Both the position numbers and the translations under genes were made by a program. A DNA stretch of 64,000 nucleotides. Origin: a virus. Under the pieces are notes generated by a model, which saw nothing but the letters and a program-made list of their open reading frames with translations, searched no databases and had not been told where the DNA came from. The stretch lies in the IMG/VR virus record IMGVR_UViG_3300029931_000011. One strand, written 5' to 3'. Shown one piece after another: positions 8,771 to 15,970 of this stretch; the first letter of the stretch is position 1; every line of letters starts with the position of its first letter.

Positions 8771-9378
8771 CACACGCCTCCCTGCCGCATCGACTGCTCG
8801 CGGAGCCACTCGTCAGCGACCTCGCGGAGCGAGAGCACCGGGATCTTGATCGTCGTCGGCTCCGTCGCGCCCTCGCGGAACGCCAGCCACTCGCGGGCCC
8901 TCGTCAGGTTCTCGGCGGCGACCGTGGCGACATCGCGCCCCTCGACCTCCTCCGTGATGATCTCGGCGAGCTCGCCGAACGCGAAGTGTGACTCGGCGAG
9001 CTCCTGCCCGCCGACCACCGACCAGTCGTCGTGGCGTCCCTGGCGGGCGAACTCGGTGACGCGCACCGTGGCGCCGTCGAGCGAGTAGGCGACGCGGTAG
9101 CTGTGGCCGTAGGTGTCGCAGTAGTCCGGCTCGATCGAGAGGATGTGGAGGCCCTCGGCCTCGTCGGCGTCCTCGATCTCGCCGCAGCCATCTTTGTGGA
9201 ACGCGACGCCGCCGCACTCACTGCACGCCGGCCCCCAATGCGAGGCGCCGCAGGTGGTGCAGCAGCAGTAGCAGGGGAAGGGTGAGACGGACTGCCCGAC
9301 GCCGCCCGGCGAAGGCTCGGAGGGGGTTGCCGTTGACCCGGCCGAGACCGGGGAACCTGCGAGCGGGGCGTCGAGCAT
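8770..9378 (-). CDS. hypothetical Cys-rich protein, first gene of the early-left operon
   Basis: Full ORF of 202 aa with N-terminal CYCCCTTCGASHWGPACSECGG. The ATG lies 6 nt after the -10 box of a TTGACA-17-TACTGT promoter. Confidence 0.75.
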   Translation of the reverse strand: MLDAPLAGSPVSAGSTATPSEPSPGGVGQSVSPFPCYCCCTTCGASHWGPACSECGGVAFHKDGCGEIEDADEAEGLHILSIEPDYCDTYGHSYRVAYSLDGATVRVTEFARQGRHDDWSVVGGQELAESHFAFGELAEIITEEVEGRDVATVAAENLTRAREWLAFREGATEPTTIKIPVLSLREVADEWLREQSMRQGGV

Positions 9379-9397
9379 GTCCGCACAGTATGCGGAC
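9379..9397. promoter_or_regulatory. operator O1, perfect 19-bp palindrome GTCCGCA-CAGTA-TGCGGAC
   Basis: Read directly from the sequence. Overlaps the -10 box of the leftward promoter. Same half-sites as the sites at 9420, 10167 and 10211. Confidence 0.75.
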
Positions 9398-9413
9398 TCG
9401 ACTCGTATGTCAA
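9385..9413 (-). promoter_or_regulatory. early-left promoter (TTGACA - 17 nt - TACTGT), predicted leaderless
   Basis: The minus strand reads TTGACAtacgagtcgagtccgcaTACTGTgcggacATG. The -35 box is at 9413-9408 and the -10 box at 9390-9385. The ATG at 9378 falls where a transcription start is expected. Confidence 0.65.
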
Positions 9414-9419
9414 CTCGAA

Positions 9420-9438
9420 ATCCGCACAGAGTGCGGAT
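9420..9438. promoter_or_regulatory. operator O2, perfect 19-bp palindrome ATCCGCA-CAGAG-TGCGGAT
   Basis: Read directly from the sequence. Lies just upstream of the -35 box of the leftward promoter. Confidence 0.75.
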
Positions 9439-9447
9439 TGCCGAATG

Positions 9448-9693
9448 CTAGGCTGACCCCCTGGTGACGCGGCGGCTGAAGAGTGCCTTGAGGGCCGGCA
9501 CCTTGCGCGGGGCTGTCCGTCGCACGCTCTCCGCCATCCTCCTCACCACCGCCAACGCCTCATCGTGAAGCTCAGGGTTTGCGTCGCGAATCTCGCGGGC
9601 GAGCTCGCGCCATTCGACGCTGTCTCCGCTACCGCCGAGACTGAGAGTGTCGCTGCTTTCCTCTGGGGGTGGTGGCTGGTCCGGGCTGTTCAT
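9448..9693 (-). CDS. hypothetical small protein downstream of the CI-like gene
   Basis: Full ORF of 81 aa (MNSPDQPPPPEESSDTLSLGGSGDSVEWRELAREIRDANPELHDEALAVVRRMAES...). Its first 65 nt overlap the end of ORF 9629..10141 in another frame, so the start or the neighbour's end is uncertain. Confidence 0.45.
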   Translation of the reverse strand: MNSPDQPPPPEESSDTLSLGGSGDSVEWRELAREIRDANPELHDEALAVVRRMAESVRRTAPRKVPALKALFSRRVTRGSA

Positions 9694-10141
9694 CGTCTGC
9701 CGATGTTACCGGCGCGGACTGACTGAGATGCGCTCGAAGCAGGGCTGTGAGATCTCGCAGTTCGGCCACTCCCGGCGAGGTTTCGGCAGCTTCGAGCCGA
9801 CGACGAAAGACAGAGGCGTCTTCGGGGCCATCGAACACCACGTAGAAGCCCGGCGGCTCGATCTCCAGGGCTTCCGAGACGGCTAGTGCAACATCCCACA
9901 CGACGTTCTTCCCATCGAGGCACCTCTGGATCCGCTCATCATTCACGAGCGGCCACTGCTGATGGTCGACAAGGGAGTCGAGGTAGCGCCAGCCCGGCTT
10001 GCGGGCGCCGGCCTTCTGTCGCTTCTCCTCTAGGCGTTCGCGGGCGAGCTTCACCCACCAGTGGCTGAGAAGATCCTCGGCGCCCTCCGGTTTTTTTATC
10101 GGCACGGCGGCCTCGCGCGAACCGTCGGATCTCGCTGGCAT
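9629..10141 (-). CDS. CI-like repressor candidate (HTH)
   Basis: ORF 9629..10600 trimmed to ATG 10141 (MPARSDGSREAAVPIKKPEG). Divergent from the Cro-like gene across a 98-bp operator region. The segment NDERIQRCLDGKNVVWDVALAVSEALEIE resembles the Cro-like HTH segment. Confidence 0.65.
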   Translation of the reverse strand: MPARSDGSREAAVPIKKPEGAEDLLSHWWVKLARERLEEKRQKAGARKPGWRYLDSLVDHQQWPLVNDERIQRCLDGKNVVWDVALAVSEALEIEPPGFYVVFDGPEDASVFRRRLEAAETSPGVAELRDLTALLRAHLSQSAPVTSADDEQPGPATTPRGKQRHSQSRR

Positions 10142-10166
10142 TCGCAGCCACGGTAGCAGTGACGAC

Positions 10167-10185
10167 GTCCGCACTGGATGCGGAT
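10167..10185. promoter_or_regulatory. operator O3, GTCCGCA-CTGGA-TGCGGAT
   Basis: Read directly from the sequence in the divergent CI-like/Cro-like intergenic region. Confidence 0.7.
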
Positions 10186-10201
10186 TCGAGGCTCGTGCGA
10201 C

Positions 10202-10230
10202 TTGACGCGAATCCGCACATAGTGCAGAGT
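10202..10230 (+). promoter_or_regulatory. early-right promoter candidate (TTGACG - 17 nt - CAGAGT), near-leaderless
   Basis: TTGACG is at 10202-10207 and CAGAGT at 10225-10230. The ATG of the Cro-like gene lies 9 nt after the -10 box. The -10 box is weak. Confidence 0.5.
10211..10229. promoter_or_regulatory. operator O4, ATCCGCA-CATAG-TGCAGAG (right half degenerate)
   Basis: The left half is identical to O2 and the right half matches 4 of 7 positions. Fills the spacer and -10 box of the rightward promoter. Confidence 0.55.
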
Positions 10231-10239
10231 CGTCACGCC

Positions 10240-10449
10240 ATGTCCAAGCCGATTCATCGTCAGCTCCTAGAGGCGGTCGAAGCGCAGGGGTTGACCTGGG
10301 ATCAGGTGATTCGCCTGGCTGCGCTGAAGTGCTCGGCGGACTCCATCTCGCGAAAGCTGCGCGGGAAGCAGTCGCTCCGAGCGAAGGAGATCGAGTCGCT
10401 CGCGAAGGCATTGAGGATCCAGGTCGTCGCCGGCCGCGAGGCGGCCTGA
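10240..10449 (+). CDS. Cro-like small HTH regulator
   Basis: ORF 10159..10449 trimmed to ATG 10240. 69 aa: MSKPIHRQLLEAVEAQGLTWDQVIRLAALKCSADSISRKLRGKQSLRAKEIESLAKALRIQ... Confidence 0.75.
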   Translation: MSKPIHRQLLEAVEAQGLTWDQVIRLAALKCSADSISRKLRGKQSLRAKEIESLAKALRIQVVAGREAA

Positions 10450-10454
10450 TGCGC

Positions 10455-11042
10455 TCACCTTCGCTCGCACTTCCCGATCCCCTCGTACCCGAGGTCTGCC
10501 CGCATTTTCTCGCACCGCTCCAGGGTGGAAAAGCAGTTGGGCGCCCCATCCTCGATGCGGAAGCAGAACTCTTCGAGGGGTTCGGGGGACGGCGGTGCAA
10601 CGGACGGGGCGGGATCGGGCGTGCGAGTGCCCGCCGCTACCTCGGCCGCGATGGCCTCGGCCGTTGCGCTGAGACCGGCCTCTTGCTGTTCGCAGCGTCG
10701 GATGGTCGGCTGGCCGGGCTTCGTCGAGGCGCCGTACTTCGGCACGACAACCTCGCGGCACACGCTGTCAACGACGACGTCGCCATTGACGTAGAACACG
10801 GCCCATCGGACGGCCTGCCCGTTCCACTGGCGCCACGCCGTGATGATCGGCGCGGTCGCGCCGTACGCGGCGCCAGCGCCGGGATCGATGACGGGCTCGA
10901 GCCCCTGCTCGACCATGGCCTGGTAGGCGCGTCGCATCCCGTCGGGGTCGGCGGATCGCCGGGCTGGCGTGAACGGCTCCGTCTTCGGTGGCGTCGCGCA
11001 GGCGCACGTCGCTACCACGATCAGCATCGCGGTCTTCCCCAT
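10455..11042 (-). CDS. lipoprotein (signal peptide + Cys), candidate lysogeny-expressed exclusion factor
   Basis: ORF 10455..11255 trimmed to ATG 11042 (GGAG upstream). N-terminus MGKTAMLIVVATCACATPP. Four Cys near the C-terminus. Convergent with the Cro-like gene. Confidence 0.7.
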   Translation of the reverse strand: MGKTAMLIVVATCACATPPKTEPFTPARRSADPDGMRRAYQAMVEQGLEPVIDPGAGAAYGATAPIITAWRQWNGQAVRWAVFYVNGDVVVDSVCREVVVPKYGASTKPGQPTIRRCEQQEAGLSATAEAIAAEVAAGTRTPDPAPSVAPPSPEPLEEFCFRIEDGAPNCFSTLERCEKMRADLGYEGIGKCERR

Positions 11043-11275
11043 GTCTCCATCCTCGCCGACCTCGGCGCCGTCGTCGAGGCTCACACCGGGCGGGTGAACC
11101 AGCTCGCGCTCCTCTCTCCAGTCGAGGCAGCCCCAGATATCGCTGCCCACGAGGGCATCGAAACTCTCGGCGCTGATTCGTTCGCTGCTCACGAATCCAC
11201 AGTCTGTCCTCAGGCCGCCGGTGTCACCGAACATCGCGGAACGGTCGCTTATCACCTCTGTTCGGCGGTGCGCGC

Positions 11276-11683
11276 ATGACCCGAGAGTTGTTCGAGAAGA
11301 ACACGGATCCGGTCGTCCGCCGTCACAACCACGACGAGGCCGAGCGGAAGTGTCTCCGCGTCCTGTCGGACATCGCCGATCAGCAGGGGCTCGACGTCTG
11401 CGCGGCAGCAGCGGGGATGGCCGGGCCGAACTTGCGCCAGGCGCTCGACGCCAAGCCCGGCCGCCACCTCGGCCAGCGCCAGCGCGTCGCGATCCTCGAC
11501 CTCGGCAGCGACGAGCAGCGCACCGCGTACGCCAACCTGATGCTGCGCGCGTGGGCGAAGAAGACCGCGCCGCTTCGTGAGCGGACGGTCGAGGAGCGGC
11601 TGCGGGATTTGGAGTTCGCCGTCGCCGCCCGCTTCGGCGAGGCCGGCGTCGAGCTCGTCGAGCAGGAGAGGAGCCGGCCGTGA
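11276..11683 (+). CDS. hypothetical protein
   Basis: Full ORF of 135 aa, protein-like, with a 4-nt overlap with the next gene. Confidence 0.75.
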   Translation: MTRELFEKNTDPVVRRHNHDEAERKCLRVLSDIADQQGLDVCAAAAGMAGPNLRQALDAKPGRHLGQRQRVAILDLGSDEQRTAYANLMLRAWAKKTAPLRERTVEERLRDLEFAVAARFGEAGVELVEQERSRP

Positions 11684-12318
11684 CCCGGCCCTTCTTCTTC
11701 GTCCCCGGCGCCTACGCACGGTCGGCGCCGTTCGCTGACGAACCGTACAGCGACGGGCTGCTAGCGATCGACGCGGACATCGCTGACGTTGCGCTCGCGT
11801 GCGATGCGGCCCCTGTCGGGGTTGAGCCGGCCGAGCCTCCCGAGGTCCCCGACGTGACGGCGTACGCGGCGATCACCGTCGCCGTGCGCGAGTGCCTCAA
11901 ACCGCGCGCCCGAGCGATACTGCTTCTCTACTTCGTCCACGGCGTCGGCGCAGTCGAGATCGCCAAGCGGTTCGGCATCTCCCATCAAGCGGTGCGCATG
12001 TCACTCGACGCCTCCATCGCGAAGCTGCGCCGTCACCGTGCCGTGGCAGCCGTACGTCGCGGTCATCCGCTGTCGCGTGTGCGCCCATGTCGCCCGAGCG
12101 CGATGACTCGCGAGCAGGTGCGATCCATCAACGAGCGGATCGCGCGCGTCCTCGGCCCGACGCCGCGATACGCGATGTCGGCATACCAGCACTACGTCTC
12201 GGACGAGGCCCGCACAGATCGCCCGCGCTGGAAGTTTCAGCGCGAGAAGGCACGCCAGCGGAAGCAGGATCGCGTGCGGCAGGTCATCGAGCGGCATCTC
12301 GCGCAGAGGGCCGTTTGA
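11680..12318 (+). CDS. sigma-70 region-4/LuxR-type HTH protein
   Basis: Full ORF of 212 aa. Motif LKPRARAILLLYFVHGVGAVEIAKRFGISHQAVRMSLDASIAKLRR. Confidence 0.8.
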   Translation: MTRPFFFVPGAYARSAPFADEPYSDGLLAIDADIADVALACDAAPVGVEPAEPPEVPDVTAYAAITVAVRECLKPRARAILLLYFVHGVGAVEIAKRFGISHQAVRMSLDASIAKLRRHRAVAAVRRGHPLSRVRPCRPSAMTREQVRSINERIARVLGPTPRYAMSAYQHYVSDEARTDRPRWKFQREKARQRKQDRVRQVIERHLAQRAV

Positions 12319-12716
12319 TGTCCAAGCTCTCGCGCCACTCCTCGCGGAACGTGCCGCTGGCGAAGCCGCGCGCGTGCGCCAAGTGCGGCAGCCCGTTCCA
12401 CAGCCTGTGCCCGCGCGACCGCACGCCGATCGAGCGAACCACCCGCGTGAACCCTCGGCGTGAGGAGCCCCGACGCTCCGAGCGCGAGCGCAACGCCAAC
12501 TACCTCGCGTGGGTCCACACGCAGCCGTGCTGCGCCGTCGGCCTACCGGGCCACGTCTGCGGCGGCCGCATCGAGGCCGACCACGCGGGCGAGCGTCCGC
12601 TCGGGCGCAAGGCCGACGACGACACGTGCATCGCGATTTGCAGCCAGGGGCACCGCGAGCGCACCGACTTCTCGGGACCGTTCAAGACGTGGAGCCGCGA
12701 CGAGATGCGCGCGTGA
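12318..12716 (+). CDS. Cys/His zinc-nuclease-like protein (HNH/DUF968-like)
   Basis: ORF 11892..12716 trimmed to ATG 12318 (TGATG junction). Motifs CAKCG, HTQPCCAVG, CGGRIEADHAG and DDDTCIAICSQGH. Family assignment is from memory only. Confidence 0.65.
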   Translation: MSKLSRHSSRNVPLAKPRACAKCGSPFHSLCPRDRTPIERTTRVNPRREEPRRSERERNANYLAWVHTQPCCAVGLPGHVCGGRIEADHAGERPLGRKADDDTCIAICSQGHRERTDFSGPFKTWSRDEMRA

Positions 12717-12862
12717 TCGTCCTCGCCGTCTCGCTCCTCATCGCCGTCATGAGCTCGCCCCACAGCCGCGAGCAGACGCCCTGGCCGTGGTTCGCGTGGG
12801 CGCTCGCCATCACGGCGGTCGTCACGGGGATCGTGATGCTCGAGAGGGGTGCGCCGTGGTGA
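12713..12862 (+). CDS. small membrane protein
   Basis: GTG 12713 in a GTGA overlap. Translation VIVLAVSLLIAVMSSPHSREQTPWPWFAWALAITAVVTGIVMLERGAPW has two hydrophobic spans. Confidence 0.5.
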   Translation: MIVLAVSLLIAVMSSPHSREQTPWPWFAWALAITAVVTGIVMLERGAPW

Positions 12863-13044
12863 CCGCCGCCCTTCTCGTCATCCTCTTCGCCGCCGTCTGG
12901 CGCGTCCCGCGTCTCACGGTGCAGCGTGGAGTCGAGCTGCGCGCACCTGGCGCCGTCGCCGCCCTCGCGCTGTTTCTCGGGTGGGCGCTCGTCTGCGCGT
13001 CGATCGCCGGCGCCGCCGTCGTCTGCGCGGAGGGATGGCCATGA
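12859..13044 (+). CDS. small membrane protein
   Basis: GTG 12859 in a GTGA overlap. Translation: VVTAALLVILFAAVWRVPRLTVQRGVELRAPGAVAALALFLGWALVCASIAGAAVVCAEGWP. Confidence 0.5.
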   Translation: MTAALLVILFAAVWRVPRLTVQRGVELRAPGAVAALALFLGWALVCASIAGAAVVCAEGWP

Positions 13045-13355
13045 CCGCGCTCGTCGTCACCTTCGCCATCCTCATCGCGATCGCCATGAGCGGGTACGCG
13101 CTCTGGTGCATGGTCCGCCATCATCGGACGAGGACCGACTGGAATCCGCTCGGGCGCGACCGCGCCGCGCGCATGTCGCTCCTCGGCACGATGCCGTGCG
13201 TCGACTGCCTCGGCGACCTCGGCCAGTGCCGGCCGTGGTGCGTGCGCGCCGGCGGACGCGGCGACAACCTGCAGGGCGACCGCGACTCGAGGCGCGTTGA
13301 CGACCAGGATCGCCAGGTCGCGCGCCGCACGCGGCGCAGGGCGGTGGCGGCGTGA
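13041..13355 (+). CDS. membrane-anchored Cys-containing protein
   Basis: ATG 13041 in an ATGA overlap. Starts MTALVVTFAILIAIAMSGYALWCMV, followed by CVDCLGDLGQCRPWC. Confidence 0.6.
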   Translation: MTALVVTFAILIAIAMSGYALWCMVRHHRTRTDWNPLGRDRAARMSLLGTMPCVDCLGDLGQCRPWCVRAGGRGDNLQGDRDSRRVDDQDRQVARRTRRRAVAA

Positions 13356-13963
13356 CCCGCCCCATCGTCCTCCTCGATGTCGACGGCCCGCTCGCGCTGT
13401 TCGTCGAGGCGTGCCAGGCCGAGCTCGCCGGCCACGGCGTCTACCGCGAGGCTGCCGCCGTCAAAACGTTCCGTCTCGAGGAGGCGTGGAGCCTGTCGCC
13501 CGACCAGAAGCAGATCCTCGCGCGCGCCTACAAGCGTCCAGGGTTCTGCGCTGGCATCGCGCCGCGCGAGAAAGCGCGAGAAGCCGTCGAGCGCCTGCGC
13601 GGCATCGCCGACGTCTACGCGGTCACCGCGCCGATGTGGAGCGGGCCGACGTGGCAGCACGAGCGCACCGAGTGGCTCGTCGATCACTTCGGGTTCCAGC
13701 GCGACCACGTCGTTTCGACGTCGGCAAAGTACCTCGTCGGCGGCGACGTGCTCGTCGACGATCGCGCCGAGACGCTGGTGATGTGGGAGCGACACGGGCG
13801 GGCGTCTGGTGTCGGCGTGCTGTGGGCGATGCCGCACAACTTCAACGCGTGGGCCAACGGCGAGTGGGACGGCGACCGGACTAGCGACTGGCAGGTCGTG
13901 ATCAACCTGGCCGAGCGACTGGCAGGCGCGCGCGATCCGCAGGAGGCGACGCGTCGTGCGTGA
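13352..13963 (+). CDS. HAD-family 5'(3')-deoxyribonucleotidase-like (NT5C-type)
   Basis: GTG start in a GTGA overlap. HAD motif I is LLDVDGPLA. Overall resemblance to the NT5C family is from memory. Confidence 0.8.
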   Translation: MTRPIVLLDVDGPLALFVEACQAELAGHGVYREAAAVKTFRLEEAWSLSPDQKQILARAYKRPGFCAGIAPREKAREAVERLRGIADVYAVTAPMWSGPTWQHERTEWLVDHFGFQRDHVVSTSAKYLVGGDVLVDDRAETLVMWERHGRASGVGVLWAMPHNFNAWANGEWDGDRTSDWQVVINLAERLAGARDPQEATRRA

Positions 13964-14468
13964 TCGCCCCGGCGTCATGGTGGTCAACGTCGCCACCGGC
14001 GAGACCCGTCCGCGCGCGCGGAAGGGTCCGCTCAAGCACGGTCTCTCGCGGACGCCCGAGTACCGCGCGTGGCAGACGATGCGGCACCGGTGCACCCGGC
14101 CGACAAGCCCAAGCTGGCCCGACTACGGCGGACGCGGCATCACCGTCGCCGCCGAGTGGCTCAATGACCCACGAGCCTTCATCGCCCACATCGGGCCGCG
14201 CCCATCTCCGAAGCATGAGGTCGACCGCATCGACAACGAGCGGGGCTACGAACCAGGCAATGTTCGATGGGTCACGCGCCCGGTCAACGACCGCAACCGA
14301 CGGAGCAACAACCTCCAGACGTTCAACGGCGAGACCCTGACGATCGCCGAGTGGGCGGAACGCACCGGCATCAGCGCCGACACGCTCTACGACCGCATCA
14401 CCCGGCGAGGTTGGTCAATCGAGAGGGCACTGACGACTCCGGTGCGCGCAAAGGCGAGGGCGGCGTAG
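13956..14468 (+). CDS. HNH-like protein with C-terminal HTH, paralog 2 of 4 (lacks N-terminal zinc ribbon)
   Basis: Full ORF. Motifs PEYRAWQTMRHRC, YGGRGITVAAEW, HEVDRIDNERGYEPGNVRWVT and HTH-like LTIAEWAERTGISADTLYDRITRRGW. Confidence 0.85.
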   Translation: MRDRPGVMVVNVATGETRPRARKGPLKHGLSRTPEYRAWQTMRHRCTRPTSPSWPDYGGRGITVAAEWLNDPRAFIAHIGPRPSPKHEVDRIDNERGYEPGNVRWVTRPVNDRNRRSNNLQTFNGETLTIAEWAERTGISADTLYDRITRRGWSIERALTTPVRAKARAA

Positions 14469-14532
14469 CCGCCGCGCAAGTTCCCCGCGCGCTCGGCGCG
14501 CTGACGTTTCCAACCCCAGCACACAGGAACCC

Positions 14533-14901
14533 ATGTCCAACAAGTATTTCAGTGAGATCGTGGCGGGCCTCGCCGAGGGCGACCTCGACGAGCGCGTCAC
14601 CAAGCGGCTCTCCGAGCTGGCGCAGAAGGTCGAAGAGACCGGCGGCACCGGGAAGCTCACCCTGACGCTGACGGTCAAGAAACAGAACCGTCAGGTCGTC
14701 TTCAAGCCGACTTTCAAGGCGCAACTGCCCGAGCCGGCGCTCGACGACACGATGTTCTTCGTCGACGCGAACGGTCAGCTCACGCGCGACGACCCGAAGC
14801 AGCTCCGGCTGCCGCGGGTCGCGAAGGAGGCGCGCGTCGTCTCCCTCGACGGCGGGAAGGCGAAGGACCCCAAGGACTCCAACGACAAGGACGGTGACTG
14901 A
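14533..14901 (+). CDS. hypothetical protein
   Basis: Full ORF of 122 aa with AGGA upstream. Has a Lys/Asp-rich tail. Confidence 0.8.
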   Translation: MSNKYFSEIVAGLAEGDLDERVTKRLSELAQKVEETGGTGKLTLTLTVKKQNRQVVFKPTFKAQLPEPALDDTMFFVDANGQLTRDDPKQLRLPRVAKEARVVSLDGGKAKDPKDSNDKDGD

Positions 14902-14903
14902 CC

Positions 14904-15830
14904 ATGCGTGACGACGAGAACAGCGAAAACGGCCCCATCCTCTCCAACAACGAGTCGATCCACGCGCTGCGCCAAGGCGTCAGCGTCGAGATGCGCACCT
15001 GCGACATCGAGATGGCGAGCAACGAGGGCAAGGACGTCTCCGTGCCCGTGCGCCTGGTCGAGCGCGGCCCCGGGCAGATCACGGTCGAGGTCATGCGCGA
15101 CGTGATCGACGAGGCCGAGCGCCAGTCGGCCGGGCCGCGCCGCCGCGCCGGGACCGTCGAGATCGGCGCACTCGACTCGCTCATCGACTACGTCAACCGC
15201 TTCAAGGCGACAGCGGACGACGAGACGGTCGCCTTCGCGCCGATCAACCCGCCCGGCGTCACCGTGATCTTCGACTACCACGCGCACGGCGGCGGCGCGC
15301 CGGGCTGGTGCGGTGACCGCGCGGTGTACCGCTGCCCGCTCTCGCGCCAGTGGCAGCTCTGGTGCAAGGCCGAGGGCGTCGGGTACTCGCAACTCCATTT
15401 CGGCGAGCTCATCGAGACCAACGAGGTCGACCTCTACGGCGACGACGAGATCGGCCTCGCGAGCGCCAGCCGGATGCTCGAGACGGCGCGCAACCTCATC
15501 ATCCGCCAGGCCGGGAAGTACGAGCGGAAGATCAACCCGACCACGGGCGAGGGAACGCTCGTATCGGTCGAGGAGCACGGCAGCGAGTCGACGAAGATCC
15601 CGAAGGCCTTCGGCCTCGCCATCCCGGTCTTCGAGGGCTCGGACGTGAAGTACCCGGTCGAGTGCCGTCTGCGGTTCTCGATGGTCGAGGGCAAGGTCCC
15701 GCAGTTCTCGTTCGTCATGCAGAACCGGCAGGACGTGTTCGACAAGGCGCTCACCGAGCTGCGCCAGACCGTCGCCGAGAAGTGCGGCATCCCGGTCTTC
15801 GTCGGCAACCCGCCGGCCGCCGCCAAGTAG
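14904..15830 (+). CDS. DUF2303 (YfdQ)-like prophage protein
   Basis: Full ORF of 308 aa. The block FDYHAHGGGAPGWCGDRAVYRCPLSRQWQLWCKAEG...QLHFGELIETN recalls the DUF2303 family (from memory). Confidence 0.75.
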   Translation: MRDDENSENGPILSNNESIHALRQGVSVEMRTCDIEMASNEGKDVSVPVRLVERGPGQITVEVMRDVIDEAERQSAGPRRRAGTVEIGALDSLIDYVNRFKATADDETVAFAPINPPGVTVIFDYHAHGGGAPGWCGDRAVYRCPLSRQWQLWCKAEGVGYSQLHFGELIETNEVDLYGDDEIGLASASRMLETARNLIIRQAGKYERKINPTTGEGTLVSVEEHGSESTKIPKAFGLAIPVFEGSDVKYPVECRLRFSMVEGKVPQFSFVMQNRQDVFDKALTELRQTVAEKCGIPVFVGNPPAAAK

Positions 15831-15970
15831 CTCGAGCTCGACCACGGCGCCCGGAGAGAGCACGCGACATGCCGCCCAGCCTCTACGCGATCTCGAACCG
15901 TTACCTCAGGGGAACCCGTGCGAACGGGCACCTTGGGCGAAGCCGCACGTGCGTGGAGGCGCGGTAGCGC

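Noticed and set aside
9629-9693. Programmed frameshift joining the CI-like ORF to the 81-aa ORF
   Set aside because: There is no slippery sequence in the 65-nt overlap, and both frames have similar third-position GC. An ordinary overlap or a mis-chosen start is simpler.
14487-14501. Hairpin GCGCGC-tcg-GCGCGC after HNH-like paralog 2 as an intrinsic terminator
   Set aside because: It is followed by tgacgtttcc, so there is no real U-tract. It may still be a structure, but a terminator call is not supportable.
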